From: an uncultured archaeon
GTDB lineage: Archaea > Nanohalarchaeota > Nanosalinia > Nanosalinales > Nanosalinaceae
DNA: 64,000 nt
Reading direction: 5' to 3'
Assembly (NCBI GenBank): GCA_964421955.1
Contig: CAYQYU010000003.1
Location: forward strand, 12,377-76,376
Shown here: piece after piece, positions 10,959 through 20,808 of the stretch
Position numbering within the stretch: position 1 is the first letter of the stretch
Layout: every line of letters starts with the position of its first letter
Program-made: the position numbers and the translations under genes
Notes under the pieces: model-generated
What the model saw: the letters and a program-made list of their open reading frames with translations, nothing else
What the model was told of the DNA's origin: nothing
Databases searched by the model: none

Positions 10959-11984
10959 GTGCTAGAGTTCTTCAGGGAAGAAGAGTACCAGAAAGGATAC
11001 TCCCTTGAAGACAAGATTGTCTTCGGATCTATATTTGCAGGAGGACTACTGATAATCATAGGCATAATTATCTACAGCACAGTATCATCCCAGATGGGAA
11101 GCGCTCTGCTGCTTCTGGGACTTATCGGAGGCATCCTGCCCTACGGCATCATATCATTCCTGAAGAACCGGGCCATAAGACAGATGGAGGACCAGTTCCC
11201 TTCCTTCCTGAAAGATCTGGCCGAATCGAAGAGAGGAGGCATGACAATAATACAGGCCTTCGAATCCGCCAGGGAAACAGACTACGGCCGGCTGAACAGC
11301 GAGATAGAAAAGATACACAACGAACTCACCTGGGGTATACCATTTCCCGAAGTCATGCAGAGATTCTCCCACCGGGTAAGCGACTCCGCAGTGATCCAGG
11401 AATCCATGTCTATCCTCCTCCAGAGCTTCAAGAGCGGAGGAAACATCACGAAAACTATCGAGGCTATCGCCGAGGACGCAACCGATCTTAAGGAGACTAT
11501 CCAGAAGAAACAGTCAAAGATCAAACAGCAGGTCTTCATCATGTACGTCATCTACTTCCTGTTCATCGGAATCACAATCGGAATCTACGCAATGCTTGGG
11601 CAGCTCCTCGGCCTTGGAACCGCCGGAGAAGGAGCCCTCGGAGGCCTCGACTTCCTGGGCGAGGGCGGCGGAGGCTCCGTAAACTACTGTAGTGGAGAGA
11701 TAGCTGCCGCGGCACCGCTCTGCCAGACCGGGAGGCTCTTCGGCTTCGTACCAGGTAACGTGACCTCTTTCACGTCAGAGTACGCACTGAAATACAGCTA
11801 CGGGAACATGGCTTACTACAAATCGCTGCTTTTCGCGATGCTCATGGTCCAGGGTGCCGCAACAGGAGCCGTGGCAGGACAGATATCTGAGGGAAGCCCG
11901 AGCGCGGGCGTCAAACACGCCCTTATAATGCTTCCAGTGGCCTTCGTGGCATACATGTACGCAGTGGGACTGGCAGGTGTCTGA
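10959..11984 (+). CDS. Type II/IV secretion F-family membrane platform protein (TadB/C-like)
   Basis: FPSFLKDLAE..RGGM, DYGRLNSE, GAVAGQISEG...AGVKH. Confidence 0.9.
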   Translation: MLEFFREEEYQKGYSLEDKIVFGSIFAGGLLIIIGIIIYSTVSSQMGSALLLLGLIGGILPYGIISFLKNRAIRQMEDQFPSFLKDLAESKRGGMTIIQAFESARETDYGRLNSEIEKIHNELTWGIPFPEVMQRFSHRVSDSAVIQESMSILLQSFKSGGNITKTIEAIAEDATDLKETIQKKQSKIKQQVFIMYVIYFLFIGITIGIYAMLGQLLGLGTAGEGALGGLDFLGEGGGGSVNYCSGEIAAAAPLCQTGRLFGFVPGNVTSFTSEYALKYSYGNMAYYKSLLFAMLMVQGAATGAVAGQISEGSPSAGVKHALIMLPVAFVAYMYAVGLAGV

Positions 11985-11985
11985 C

Positions 11986-12036
11986 ATGTCGAAAACCGGA
12001 GATTTTCTTGTCCAGAACAGGGTTGTCCTCGAGTGA
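11986..12036 (+). repeat. Hairpin/mini-ORF connector element (decayed copy; MSKTGDFLVQNRVVLE)
   Basis: GAAAACC-GGA-GATTTTC; ORF starts 1 nt after the upstream stop and its TGA overlaps the GTG at 12033. Confidence 0.55.
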
Positions 12037-12884
12037 AGGGGCAGATAAACCTGGAGTTCCTGGCCGCTGCCCTGCTATACCTGGGAGCGCTCGGAACAAT
12101 AGTAGTTCTCAGTTCAGGCACAATACCTGAATTCACGGAAGACATGGAGAGAGCATCCCTGAACCTGGAGGCCCGGCAGATTTCAACCAAGATCCTGACA
12201 ACCTCCGGACACCACAGCTTTGGATCAGGGGGTCCTAACTGGCACAGTAACAATACCACCGTCGATAACATAGAGGCCTTCGGACTGGCATCCGACTATC
12301 TCCAGGTTGAGAGAGACAAGATATCCAGGATGAAAACCGCTAATCCAAGAAAGGGCTTCAACTACTTCAACTACACACAGTTCAAGAACGTTACCGGGGT
12401 CGACAACCAGTACCGCTTCAACTTCACCTGGATGCCGATAGTGGAGACACCGCGCTCATTCACCAGGGGCTCTGCACCCTTCGCGGCAAAAGACGGCAAA
12501 CCCAACATCACGGAACCCAGCACAGGGTACTACATAGCATCGGGTAACGACATCCACTACGGCTCCAGCACTCTAAACGGCCGGACATATAACTTTCTGG
12601 TCACCTCCCATGACGGAGTCTACAACACTACCTATGTATCCAATAACTGGGATTTCGGCGGATATCCTCCTCTCGGAATAGACGACAACATCAACCTCTA
12701 CGGCGAGGAATACAGGATAAGGAGCATCCAGAACCGGCCGGATGAGCCGGGGTCAATGCTTATACTGGGACAGCATCTCAAAACCTTTGGAGCGAGCGTT
12801 GACTCGGATTCTACCGTTACAAGCATGCAAAGATTTGCGCTGCTCGAGGGAGAACCACTGCGGGTGAGAGTTCTGGCATGGTAG
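12033..12884 (+). CDS. Pilin-like protein
   Basis: KG/QINLEFLAAALL class III signal; N-glycosylation sequons. Confidence 0.8.
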   Translation: MKGQINLEFLAAALLYLGALGTIVVLSSGTIPEFTEDMERASLNLEARQISTKILTTSGHHSFGSGGPNWHSNNTTVDNIEAFGLASDYLQVERDKISRMKTANPRKGFNYFNYTQFKNVTGVDNQYRFNFTWMPIVETPRSFTRGSAPFAAKDGKPNITEPSTGYYIASGNDIHYGSSTLNGRTYNFLVTSHDGVYNTTYVSNNWDFGGYPPLGIDDNINLYGEEYRIRSIQNRPDEPGSMLILGQHLKTFGASVDSDSTVTSMQRFALLEGEPLRVRVLAW

Positions 12885-14692
12885 ACACAGCTTTCTATAG
12901 AAAACTTTCCAGGCAGCTCATGCCCGGAGGCAAACACAAGGGCATAGGATACATGATAGAGGCCATAGTCGCCACCCTGACCATACTGATATTTGCGGTC
13001 GGGAGCGTGTCCTCTCCACCGGACCACGACTGGAACCAGTTCCAGAACCAGATAGAATCCCAGGATATATCCTACGTCCTCGAACAGTCAGGTCACATGA
13101 ACAACTTCCTCCAGAGGTCGGAGACAGGATCGATAAGGACCGCGGCAAACACGCTCTCCGGCAACATGGAGGTCTCGGGAACCGTCCAGAACCTCCCGAT
13201 AAGGAGATCGGTGATAGGCTTCCACACTCTCCAGAATGACATATACGGCTTCGACACGGTAGATGCTTCAGCAGCCCCGGACAACAGGTGCTACACCTCC
13301 AACGACCTCGAGGAAATAGTCGATAACTCCGAGGGAAACCTGAACGATATCAAGAGAACAGAGAACGAGAGGCACGGCGTCTACCTCTACTTTGCGGATA
13401 CCGACCCTAGAATATCCGCGGGCTACGACGGTGTCGAAAATTACGACTCTGTCTGGGTTGACAACGGAACCCGGTGCCAGTTCAGCGCTTCGGAGGGGCC
13501 TCACTACATCGATGACTTCTTCTTCTGGGGCAACACTTCAGACGCAGAGGCCGACGACCACTACGACTTCAAGAACATAAGCTATGACGGCAGCAGTTTT
13601 GTCGTCTACAACGCGACACAGGTCGTAAGGTTCAGAAACACCATGAGCCAGCCGCTCAACGGCATCAACACAGACACTCACTTCGACACCTTTAACTTCT
13701 CGATCAACGATCTCGACGTCTACCGGGTTCTCGTATTCCGGAGACAGCAGACTCTCAACACACTCGATACCAACCCGGAGAGAACCAGATTACTTGACTA
13801 TCTCAAGACCGGTTCCGCACTCTTCCTGATGGATATTGACCAGAGCGATATAACCAGCGGCTTCATGTCCGAAACAGGTATGGAATGGATCGATCTCGAC
13901 TGGGGAGCGCCGCCCTCAAGAGCCCGTTTCTCAAACACCAGGAACTCGGAAGACGTTGAGACATATTTCCTGGGACAGAACGGTAACGATAATGCAGTCT
14001 CGCTTGATCCTGGCGGAAATATCTCATCGAGCACAGGCGATACCAAGCTATCCGGCGAAAAACTCGCCTACGCCGGCACCGGCAGATACCAGACCAGCCA
14101 GTGGAACGCCACCAACATGTCAATGGATTCCACCGCGAGCCCTCTACCGGGATCACCGTCGCCAGCGGGCTGCTCCAACTACAAAGAAGGCACATTCTCC
14201 TTCCCTGCCGGCAACTACGATATTGTAGCGACCGAACTGGGCGAGACCAGCTGCAGCGATATATGGAGCCTGAGCATCGATCTCAACGGCAACGGCCAGA
14301 TCGAACAGCCCCGGGAGGGTCCGTACGTCAACGGCGAGCTTCTCGAAGTTGACGGCCGGAGCTACTCTGTCAGGATCTATCCCCTCACAACACCAGGATG
14401 TAGTGAAGGAGAGTGCGCAGAGTTCATAACTGCGGGAAGTGACAGGATCGAGATCGTCAACCACAGGACCAAGTTCGAGACCCAGGAGATCGAGAAATTC
14501 GCAAGGGCAGGTTACGAGCCAGTCTACAACACCGACGAGAGAAAACTTCTGGCCTCCGTGATATACTGGCTCGCGGGCGACGAGACAAACTTTGGACCGG
14601 AAGAGGCTTCGCCGACATCAACCTCTGTAGTCGGGGGTATAAAGAATACTATATACATGCCCTACAAAGTCAATTTGAGGTGGAAACAGTGA
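12878..14692 (+). CDS. Large pilin-like/adhesin protein
   Basis: KG/IGYMIEAIVATLTIL signal; D/N/T/S-rich extracellular body with Cys pairs. Confidence 0.75.
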   Translation: MVDTAFYRKLSRQLMPGGKHKGIGYMIEAIVATLTILIFAVGSVSSPPDHDWNQFQNQIESQDISYVLEQSGHMNNFLQRSETGSIRTAANTLSGNMEVSGTVQNLPIRRSVIGFHTLQNDIYGFDTVDASAAPDNRCYTSNDLEEIVDNSEGNLNDIKRTENERHGVYLYFADTDPRISAGYDGVENYDSVWVDNGTRCQFSASEGPHYIDDFFFWGNTSDAEADDHYDFKNISYDGSSFVVYNATQVVRFRNTMSQPLNGINTDTHFDTFNFSINDLDVYRVLVFRRQQTLNTLDTNPERTRLLDYLKTGSALFLMDIDQSDITSGFMSETGMEWIDLDWGAPPSRARFSNTRNSEDVETYFLGQNGNDNAVSLDPGGNISSSTGDTKLSGEKLAYAGTGRYQTSQWNATNMSMDSTASPLPGSPSPAGCSNYKEGTFSFPAGNYDIVATELGETSCSDIWSLSIDLNGNGQIEQPREGPYVNGELLEVDGRSYSVRIYPLTTPGCSEGECAEFITAGSDRIEIVNHRTKFETQEIEKFARAGYEPVYNTDERKLLASVIYWLAGDETNFGPEEASPTSTSVVGGIKNTIYMPYKVNLRWKQ

Positions 14693-15030
14693 AAACCTGG
14701 GGGGCTCCGCGGAAAGGACAGTTCCTGCTGATCTCCTCTATAGTCCTGGGACTGATGCTCATCACTGCCGCATCCACGATCTCCCAGACCAAGTCCCGGG
14801 AATACCGGCAAGAGCCTGACGAGTACAATGCCCACCTCATCAAACAGGAGGCGGAGAAAATCGACATGAGCAACAGCCACGAAAGGAAAGAGTTCGACAA
14901 GCTCACGGACATGGTAACCAATTACAGGTCAACCACCCGGTACTGGCGCACACAGAACTGCTTCAACATAACTCTGCAGAACCCGAGAACTCTTATGAGA
15001 CTACACGCCCCAGAGTCATTCTGCCCCTAG
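14689..15030 (+). CDS. Minor pilin-like protein
   Basis: RKG/QFLLISSIVLGL; GTG overlaps the upstream stop. Confidence 0.75.
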   Translation: MKTWGAPRKGQFLLISSIVLGLMLITAASTISQTKSREYRQEPDEYNAHLIKQEAEKIDMSNSHERKEFDKLTDMVTNYRSTTRYWRTQNCFNITLQNPRTLMRLHAPESFCP

Positions 15031-16214
15031 AAATCCCTGATGAACTCGACTTCATCCTCCGAAAGATCTAGCTGTTCTGCGAGATCGGGATTCTCTCCAA
15101 TCATTAAAGAGAGGAACGGAATCATCTGCTTGGAGTCCCTTTTCGAGGCGTGAAGCTTCTCTCCAACCTTTGCCGCGATCGAATCCATCCTGTTCCTCGC
15201 GGCACGGGAAGAACCCATCCGCCGGATTTTACCCGGGTACTGGTACTTTGTCCATCCCTCGTACTTCTCATCCTTTGAGAGCGAGACACCCACCGTCGTG
15301 AAAAGGTAGACATATTTCAGCAGCTTCCAGTTCTGTGTCACCCTGATACGGCCGTTGAAAACGTCTGCCCCTGAGATCCACCTGTACGCCTCCGCGACAT
15401 CTCCCGGCTTCTGGTACTCCCGGGGAATATTCTCCCGGACCCACTGCATGAAGGTGTCAGCGTCCTCGTCAAGGTTGTTGGTCGCCTGTCTTGCGGTTTC
15501 GGCACTTGAAGTCTTGAAGACGATCTTTAGCGCCTCAAAAACGTCCTGCTCCGAGTCCCTGTAACCCAGCGAATCAAGGTCTTCTGAAGTAAGTTTATCT
15601 CGCCCGAGCGCAACCGATTCAAGGTCGTTAACCGCGGATCTCATCTGGCCGCCTGCCTGTCTCGCGATTCTCTTCACCGCGTCCTCATGGTACTCTATAC
15701 CCTCGCTCTCCAGTATCTGCTTGAGATGAGCATTGATCGAGTTGGTGTGGACCGATCCAAGCTCGATAAGTTCGGACTTTTCCCTCAGGGTCCGGATCTT
15801 CGAATCATACGCGTCGTTCGCGGTCATGATTACTGGGAAGCGGGAGCCGTCAACGATCCGGTTAAGCTCCTGCGTACCTCCTCTATCACCGGAGGACATT
15901 CCATCGACCTCATCGATGAGAATTATTTTCTGGGAGCCGAAGAAAGATGCCTGGCGCGTCGCCTCCTTCAGATCCGACTTTAGTTTCTTCTTAGTGCGGA
16001 CGTCAGAGGCATTGGTCTCCACGAGCTCGTACCCGAGATCGTTCGCCAACGCCTCTACAAGAGAAGTCTTGCCAGTACCTGCCTGACCGTAGAGAAGTAT
16101 CGGTTTCGAGTCGTCGCCCCAGTTCTTTACAAGTTGCTTCAGTTTCTTCTTCTGCTTCGACGCGCCACGGTAATCATCGAGAGACTCCGGACGATACCTG
16201 TCAACCCACATCAT
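15027..16214 (-). CDS. rfcL: Replication factor C large subunit
   Basis: WVDRYRP, GQAGTGKT, ETNASD, LIDEVDG. Confidence 0.95.
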   Translation of the reverse strand: MMWVDRYRPESLDDYRGASKQKKKLKQLVKNWGDDSKPILLYGQAGTGKTSLVEALANDLGYELVETNASDVRTKKKLKSDLKEATRQASFFGSQKIILIDEVDGMSSGDRGGTQELNRIVDGSRFPVIMTANDAYDSKIRTLREKSELIELGSVHTNSINAHLKQILESEGIEYHEDAVKRIARQAGGQMRSAVNDLESVALGRDKLTSEDLDSLGYRDSEQDVFEALKIVFKTSSAETARQATNNLDEDADTFMQWVRENIPREYQKPGDVAEAYRWISGADVFNGRIRVTQNWKLLKYVYLFTTVGVSLSKDEKYEGWTKYQYPGKIRRMGSSRAARNRMDSIAAKVGEKLHASKRDSKQMIPFLSLMIGENPDLAEQLDLSEDEVEFIRDF

Positions 16215-17161
16215 TCTTCGTCCAGATCAGCTATCTTGGCGAGGAGTGCCTCGATCTGTATATCAGAGGTGCCTCCCTCGGCAATCCTGAACTCGAACTC
16301 CCCCAGGTTTTCAATTATCTCGAGCTTCCCATGCTCCGAAATGTCAAGGTCGAAAACCTCGCGGTGAATCGACCGGATAACGTCTTCACCGTCAAGACCG
16401 CGGTCAATCATTATCTCCGCAAGCTGGTCGCGGGAATCCATGAAGTCTCCCTCTAGCGCAAGCTCCAGAATTTCGTTGATCTCCTCGGGTCTAAGCGAGG
16501 CGGCGGCACCGTAAACGTCCTCCTCTCCAATCTTGTCGCGCTGGATCGCCGCGGTCTGTAGAATATTGGTTACGCGCCTGAGATCGCCCTCGGCGACACG
16601 CATAACCGCCTCAATTGCCTCCTCCGAGATCTTGAAGTCCTCTCCCTTCGCTACCCGGGTAATGTAAGTCTTCACGTCGTCCTCTTTGAGACGGTTAAAC
16701 CGGAAGACGGCGCAGCGGGACTGTATAGGATCAATTATCTTCGACGAATAGTTGCATGACAGGATAAAGCGGGTGTTACCCGAGAACTGCTCCATCGTCC
16801 TCCTCAATGCCTGCTGGGCGTCCGCGGTCAGGGCGTCGGCCTCGTCGAGAAAAATTATCTTGTAGTCGGCGTTGACAGATTTCGTCCTAGCGAAGTCCTT
16901 GATCTTCTCCCGTACAACATCGATACCTCTATCGTCGCTCGCATTAGTTTCCATAAAGTTCTGCTTCCATTCATCGCCGTAGAGGTCTTTTGCAAGCGCA
17001 ATCGCGCTTGTGGTTTTCCCCGTACCCGCGGGACCCGCAAACAGCAGGTGCGGGATCGAGTCCTCCTCGACGAACGCCTCAAGCCTTGAGACAATCTCCT
17101 CCTGGTTTACTATCTCGCCAAGGGTATCGGGCCGGTACTTTTCAGTCCACACGTCTATCAT
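16211..17161 (-). CDS. rfcS: Replication factor C small subunit
   Basis: WTEKYRP, GPAGTGKT, NASDDRG, LDEADALT..AQQALRRTME, QSRC. Confidence 0.97.
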   Translation of the reverse strand: MIDVWTEKYRPDTLGEIVNQEEIVSRLEAFVEEDSIPHLLFAGPAGTGKTTSAIALAKDLYGDEWKQNFMETNASDDRGIDVVREKIKDFARTKSVNADYKIIFLDEADALTADAQQALRRTMEQFSGNTRFILSCNYSSKIIDPIQSRCAVFRFNRLKEDDVKTYITRVAKGEDFKISEEAIEAVMRVAEGDLRRVTNILQTAAIQRDKIGEEDVYGAAASLRPEEINEILELALEGDFMDSRDQLAEIMIDRGLDGEDVIRSIHREVFDLDISEHGKLEIIENLGEFEFRIAEGGTSDIQIEALLAKIADLDEE

Positions 17162-17222
17162 GCTAACTCTAGTCTTGAAAGCGGAAATCAAGCTTTTATT
17201 CTTTCATCACCCCGGCCTTTTC

Positions 17223-17714
17223 ATGATAATCACGGTCACCGGCACCCCGGGAACAGGAAAAACATCAGTCGCCCAAGAACTCCCATACGATGTTATCGAC
17301 CTCACGGAGTTCGTGAAGCAGCGCTCGCTCGGCAGTGAAGGCAAAAACGAGTTCGAGGCCGAAATCCATAGAATGGTTGAAGAGCTTGAGAGAGAAGTTG
17401 ACATGGAAGAGGTCGTTATAGAGGGCCACCTCGCCCATCACTTTCCCGCGGACTACTGCATCGTTCTGAGATGCGAGCCCGAAGAGCTCAGGAAGAGATT
17501 GGGAGAGAGGGACTACAGCGAAGAAAAAATCGAGGAGAACGTCGAGGCGGAGGCGCTCGACGTTATTCTACAGGAGGCGGTCGGGAAACAGGAGAACATT
17601 ATCGAGATCGAAACCACTAACCGTAAACCGGAAGAGGTGGCGTCCGAAATCATCGACCGCTTAGAACATGGTGATACAGGTTATGGGAGCGTTGACTGGA
17701 GCGACTACTTCTAG
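17223..17714 (+). CDS. AK6/Fap7-type adenylate kinase
   Basis: ITVTGTPGTGKT, IEGHLAH, RDYSEEKIEENVEAE. Confidence 0.9.
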   Translation: MIITVTGTPGTGKTSVAQELPYDVIDLTEFVKQRSLGSEGKNEFEAEIHRMVEELEREVDMEEVVIEGHLAHHFPADYCIVLRCEPEELRKRLGERDYSEEKIEENVEAEALDVILQEAVGKQENIIEIETTNRKPEEVASEIIDRLEHGDTGYGSVDWSDYF

Positions 17715-18022
17715 GCGTTCTCTTCTATCCAGTCTTTCAATTCCTCTTTCTTCATGACTCCCGCGTTCCTTGCGACTTCATCTCCGCCGCGGACGATTAA
17801 AGTGGTCGGGAGCGCTCTGACACCCATCTGCTGACCGAGCTGCTGGTGTTCCTCCATGTCTACCTTTCCAAAATTGACGTCTTCGACTTCACCGGAGACC
17901 TCCTCAAAGATCGGGGAGAACTTCTTGCAGGGACCGCACCATTCGGCCCAGAAATCTATTACCCATGTATCCTCCGAGTTTTGAATCTCGTCCAGCTTGT
18001 CCTCATCAATCGCGGTTGGCAT
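17711..18022 (-). CDS. trxA: Thioredoxin
   Basis: DFWAEWCGPCK. Confidence 0.95.
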   Translation of the reverse strand: MPTAIDEDKLDEIQNSEDTWVIDFWAEWCGPCKKFSPIFEEVSGEVEDVNFGKVDMEEHQQLGQQMGVRALPTTLIVRGGDEVARNAGVMKKEELKDWIEENA

Positions 18023-18075
18023 ACCCGCAGTTTCTGAATGAAGACTTAAGTAGGAACTGGTAACCTGGCCGTAAT

Positions 18076-18900
18076 CTATCCCTCGTTCATGTAGACCGTC
18101 CTGATAGGGTACGGAATATCGATTCCCTCTTCATCGAAGCGGTCCTTGATCATCTGTGTGACCTCGCTCGACGCCTGGACGATGCCCGCACGTGAAGAGC
18201 TTGTCCAGCCTCTCAGCTTCAGGTTCACCGAGGAACCTCCCAGCTCGTCAACCAGGACCTGGGGCTCCGGCTCGTCCTCGACAGTCTCCGCTTCTTCAAG
18301 AACTTCGTGGGCAATATTCTTCGCCTGCTCTATATCATCTTCGTAGCTTAAGCCGACGATCACGTCGAAACGCCGGGCATCATAAGCAGTATAGTTTATC
18401 ACGATATTGTTGTAGAGTACCGAGTTCGGAACTATTACCTCCCTGCCGTCAAAGGTCTTTATCTTCGACGCCCGTAGCTGGATGTCCTTGAGCGTGCCCT
18501 CCTCTCCGTTCACCTCTATCTGGTCACCGATCTTGAAAGGCCGGTTGACCAGGATGAGTATGCCCGAGATAAAGTTGGCGATCATGTCCTTAAGCGCGAA
18601 CGAGATACCCAGGCCGATAAGACCTACTGCGGCACCGATCCCCGACAGCGGGACTCCAAATACTCCAAGTATTGCCACAAATGTTAGCGGAAAAATCGCG
18701 TAGGCCGTAACCTTTTTCGCAGAGGCCGCGGCGTGTTCATCTCCGCCGCGCCTCCTTACCGCTCTCTCGACCAGGATGTTTGAGAGCCTGTTGAGCCCCC
18801 ATCCCATCCCGGCGACAACCAGAGCCATCATGACAGTTCTCGAGGTAATGTTGTACGAGTTAAGAAATGCAACTGCCTCTGCGACAAGCTCCGGGGACAT
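18076..18900 (-). CDS. mscS: Small-conductance mechanosensitive channel
   Basis: GISFALKDMIANFISG, PFKIGDQI, VIVPNS, GIDIPYP. Confidence 0.93.
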   Translation of the reverse strand: MSPELVAEAVAFLNSYNITSRTVMMALVVAGMGWGLNRLSNILVERAVRRRGGDEHAAASAKKVTAYAIFPLTFVAILGVFGVPLSGIGAAVGLIGLGISFALKDMIANFISGILILVNRPFKIGDQIEVNGEEGTLKDIQLRASKIKTFDGREVIVPNSVLYNNIVINYTAYDARRFDVIVGLSYEDDIEQAKNIAHEVLEEAETVEDEPEPQVLVDELGGSSVNLKLRGWTSSSRAGIVQASSEVTQMIKDRFDEEGIDIPYPIRTVYMNEG

Positions 18901-18952
18901 ACTATGCTCAGGCTGTAGGAGCTACATAAATCTTTTCGACACGGTTGAAACC

Positions 18953-19885
18953 ATGTACTCCCGCTTTGAAGCCATAGAGAGTATCGGGGAAGAACTCGAA
19001 CAGCTCCAGAACTCGGCCGCCGCCGTCATAGGACTTGGAGCAACCGGTTCAGTTATAGCAGAGCACCTGGCGCGACATGGTGTCGACCTCGTAATCGTGG
19101 ACAGGGACTACCTTGAGGAAAAAGATATCTACACCTCGAACCTTTACAGCCGGGAACAGGCGGAAGAATCGGTTCCAAAGGCCGTGGCCGCTAGAGAAAA
19201 ACTCTCGGATTTTACCCGTACTGAGGCGTATGTCGAGCACCTTGACGGCAGCAACGTTGAGATGCTGGACGATGCGGACATAATTATGGACGGTACAGAC
19301 AATCTGGAGACACGGTTTCTCATCAGCGAGTACTCCAGGAAAAACAGGGTTCCCTGGGTCTACACCGCGGTGATAGCAGAACAGGGTTACTCCATGTTCT
19401 TCGACCAGGAATGCTTCAGCTGCGTTTTTGAAGAGGTGCCCGCGGGAGAACTCGATACCTGTGAGACCGCGGGAATAATGAGAGAGACCGCTGCGGTGGC
19501 TGCATCGAGAAGCACCTGGAAAGCGGTCAGGTACCTCGCAGGAAAAGAGGTGGAGAATAGATTCGAGATGTTTCCCGGCGGAAAACTCGATGTCGAGAGC
19601 CCGGGCTGCGAAGTCTGTGAGGACGGGAAGTTTGAACACCTTGAATCTTCCAGTACCGCAGTATCCTTATGCGGGGAGAACATGTACCAGCTCGAAACAG
19701 GTACTGACGAAGCAGCGCTTGAAAGGCTCCGGGAGATGGGAGAGGTTATTGCGGACAACGACTATCTTTTAAGGACGTTAATCAATGGAAGAGAGTTTGT
19801 GCTCTTCAACTCGGGCCGGGCAGTGGTCGAGGCCCGGGACAGTAACGAGGCTGAAGCCCGCTTATCCGAAGTGCTGGGCGGCTAG
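18953..19885 (+). CDS. ThiF/MoeB family adenylyltransferase (E1-like)
   Basis: VIGLGATGS, VDRD, DGTDNLETR, two CxxC, TCETAGI. Confidence 0.9.
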   Translation: MYSRFEAIESIGEELEQLQNSAAAVIGLGATGSVIAEHLARHGVDLVIVDRDYLEEKDIYTSNLYSREQAEESVPKAVAAREKLSDFTRTEAYVEHLDGSNVEMLDDADIIMDGTDNLETRFLISEYSRKNRVPWVYTAVIAEQGYSMFFDQECFSCVFEEVPAGELDTCETAGIMRETAAVAASRSTWKAVRYLAGKEVENRFEMFPGGKLDVESPGCEVCEDGKFEHLESSSTAVSLCGENMYQLETGTDEAALERLREMGEVIADNDYLLRTLINGREFVLFNSGRAVVEARDSNEAEARLSEVLGG

Positions 19886-19928
19886 ACGGCGGGATTTAAA
19901 TTCGCACCATACAAAGCTTCTACCGGGC

Positions 19929-20771
19929 ATGGACCTGGAAGTCGACTACATAGAGTACGTGATAGAATTCTCTCTAGCACTGCTGGCGGCATCTGCAACC
20001 TACTTTTTCGATCCGTACCGGCCGCTTAGCTACGGTGTACTCCTGCTCATACCGCTGCTCTTCGGGTACACAACCTACATCTCGAGAGAAGGGTTCTCCT
20101 ACTCGTCGCTCCTGGCGCTTATAGCACTGATGTTCGTGCCCCTGAACTATCTTGTCGCATCGATAGCAGTCTTCATCGCGGTCGGAAATATACTCATCTC
20201 GCTGTTCTCCGGCGGCCACAGGTTCAAGGAGTTCTACAGCTCCACGACGATCCCTCTGCTGATAACCGGCATAATTCTCGGCTCAGGGTTCTTCCTGCTC
20301 GCAACTACCAGTCCGGAGTTCGGCGACCAGTTGAGGGGCGCCACCGCCGATTTCATGGGCGAACAGGTGAGCACTGTAGTGAACGAGGCAGGGATGATAG
20401 AAGCACAGAAGGACGCACAGAAGGCAGTCATAGAGCAGACCAGTACAGCAACTGTTACCGCCACACAGGCCTACGTGATCGAAAACACGAGCCTCTCGAC
20501 CCAGGACAACCTCGAGGTCATAGACACCTTCGAATCCGCCAGGCAAGACATTCCCGAAAGGATCACTGGCAGGGCCGCGGAAAACATGGAGGGAACAAGT
20601 ATCGACCTGAAGGAGAGAGTCTCCGTGCTGCTCGACAACAACCTCAGGGGGAAAGTTCTTCTCGCGCTCATACCGCTGACCGCGCTCGGACTCTACAGCC
20701 TCCAGCCACTCGTCGGATTACTGACCGCGCTGTCTGCGCTGGCCTTCAGGAGCTACGGCGGCAAGGACTGA
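19929..20771 (+). CDS. Multi-pass membrane protein, unknown function
   Basis: Several TM segments around a helical soluble loop. Confidence 0.75.
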   Translation: MDLEVDYIEYVIEFSLALLAASATYFFDPYRPLSYGVLLLIPLLFGYTTYISREGFSYSSLLALIALMFVPLNYLVASIAVFIAVGNILISLFSGGHRFKEFYSSTTIPLLITGIILGSGFFLLATTSPEFGDQLRGATADFMGEQVSTVVNEAGMIEAQKDAQKAVIEQTSTATVTATQAYVIENTSLSTQDNLEVIDTFESARQDIPERITGRAAENMEGTSIDLKERVSVLLDNNLRGKVLLALIPLTALGLYSLQPLVGLLTALSALAFRSYGGKD

Positions 20772-20808
20772 ATCCACTCTATTAAAGATTCCCGCCACTT
20801 CTCAAACC

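Noticed and set aside
6125-11984. Archaellum operon
   Set aside because: No FlaH, FlaF/G or single FlaJ; two TadB/C-like genes and many minor pilins fit a type IV pilus better.
15027-17161. Inteins in RFC subunits
   Set aside because: Lengths are normal and there are no splice-junction or homing endonuclease motifs.
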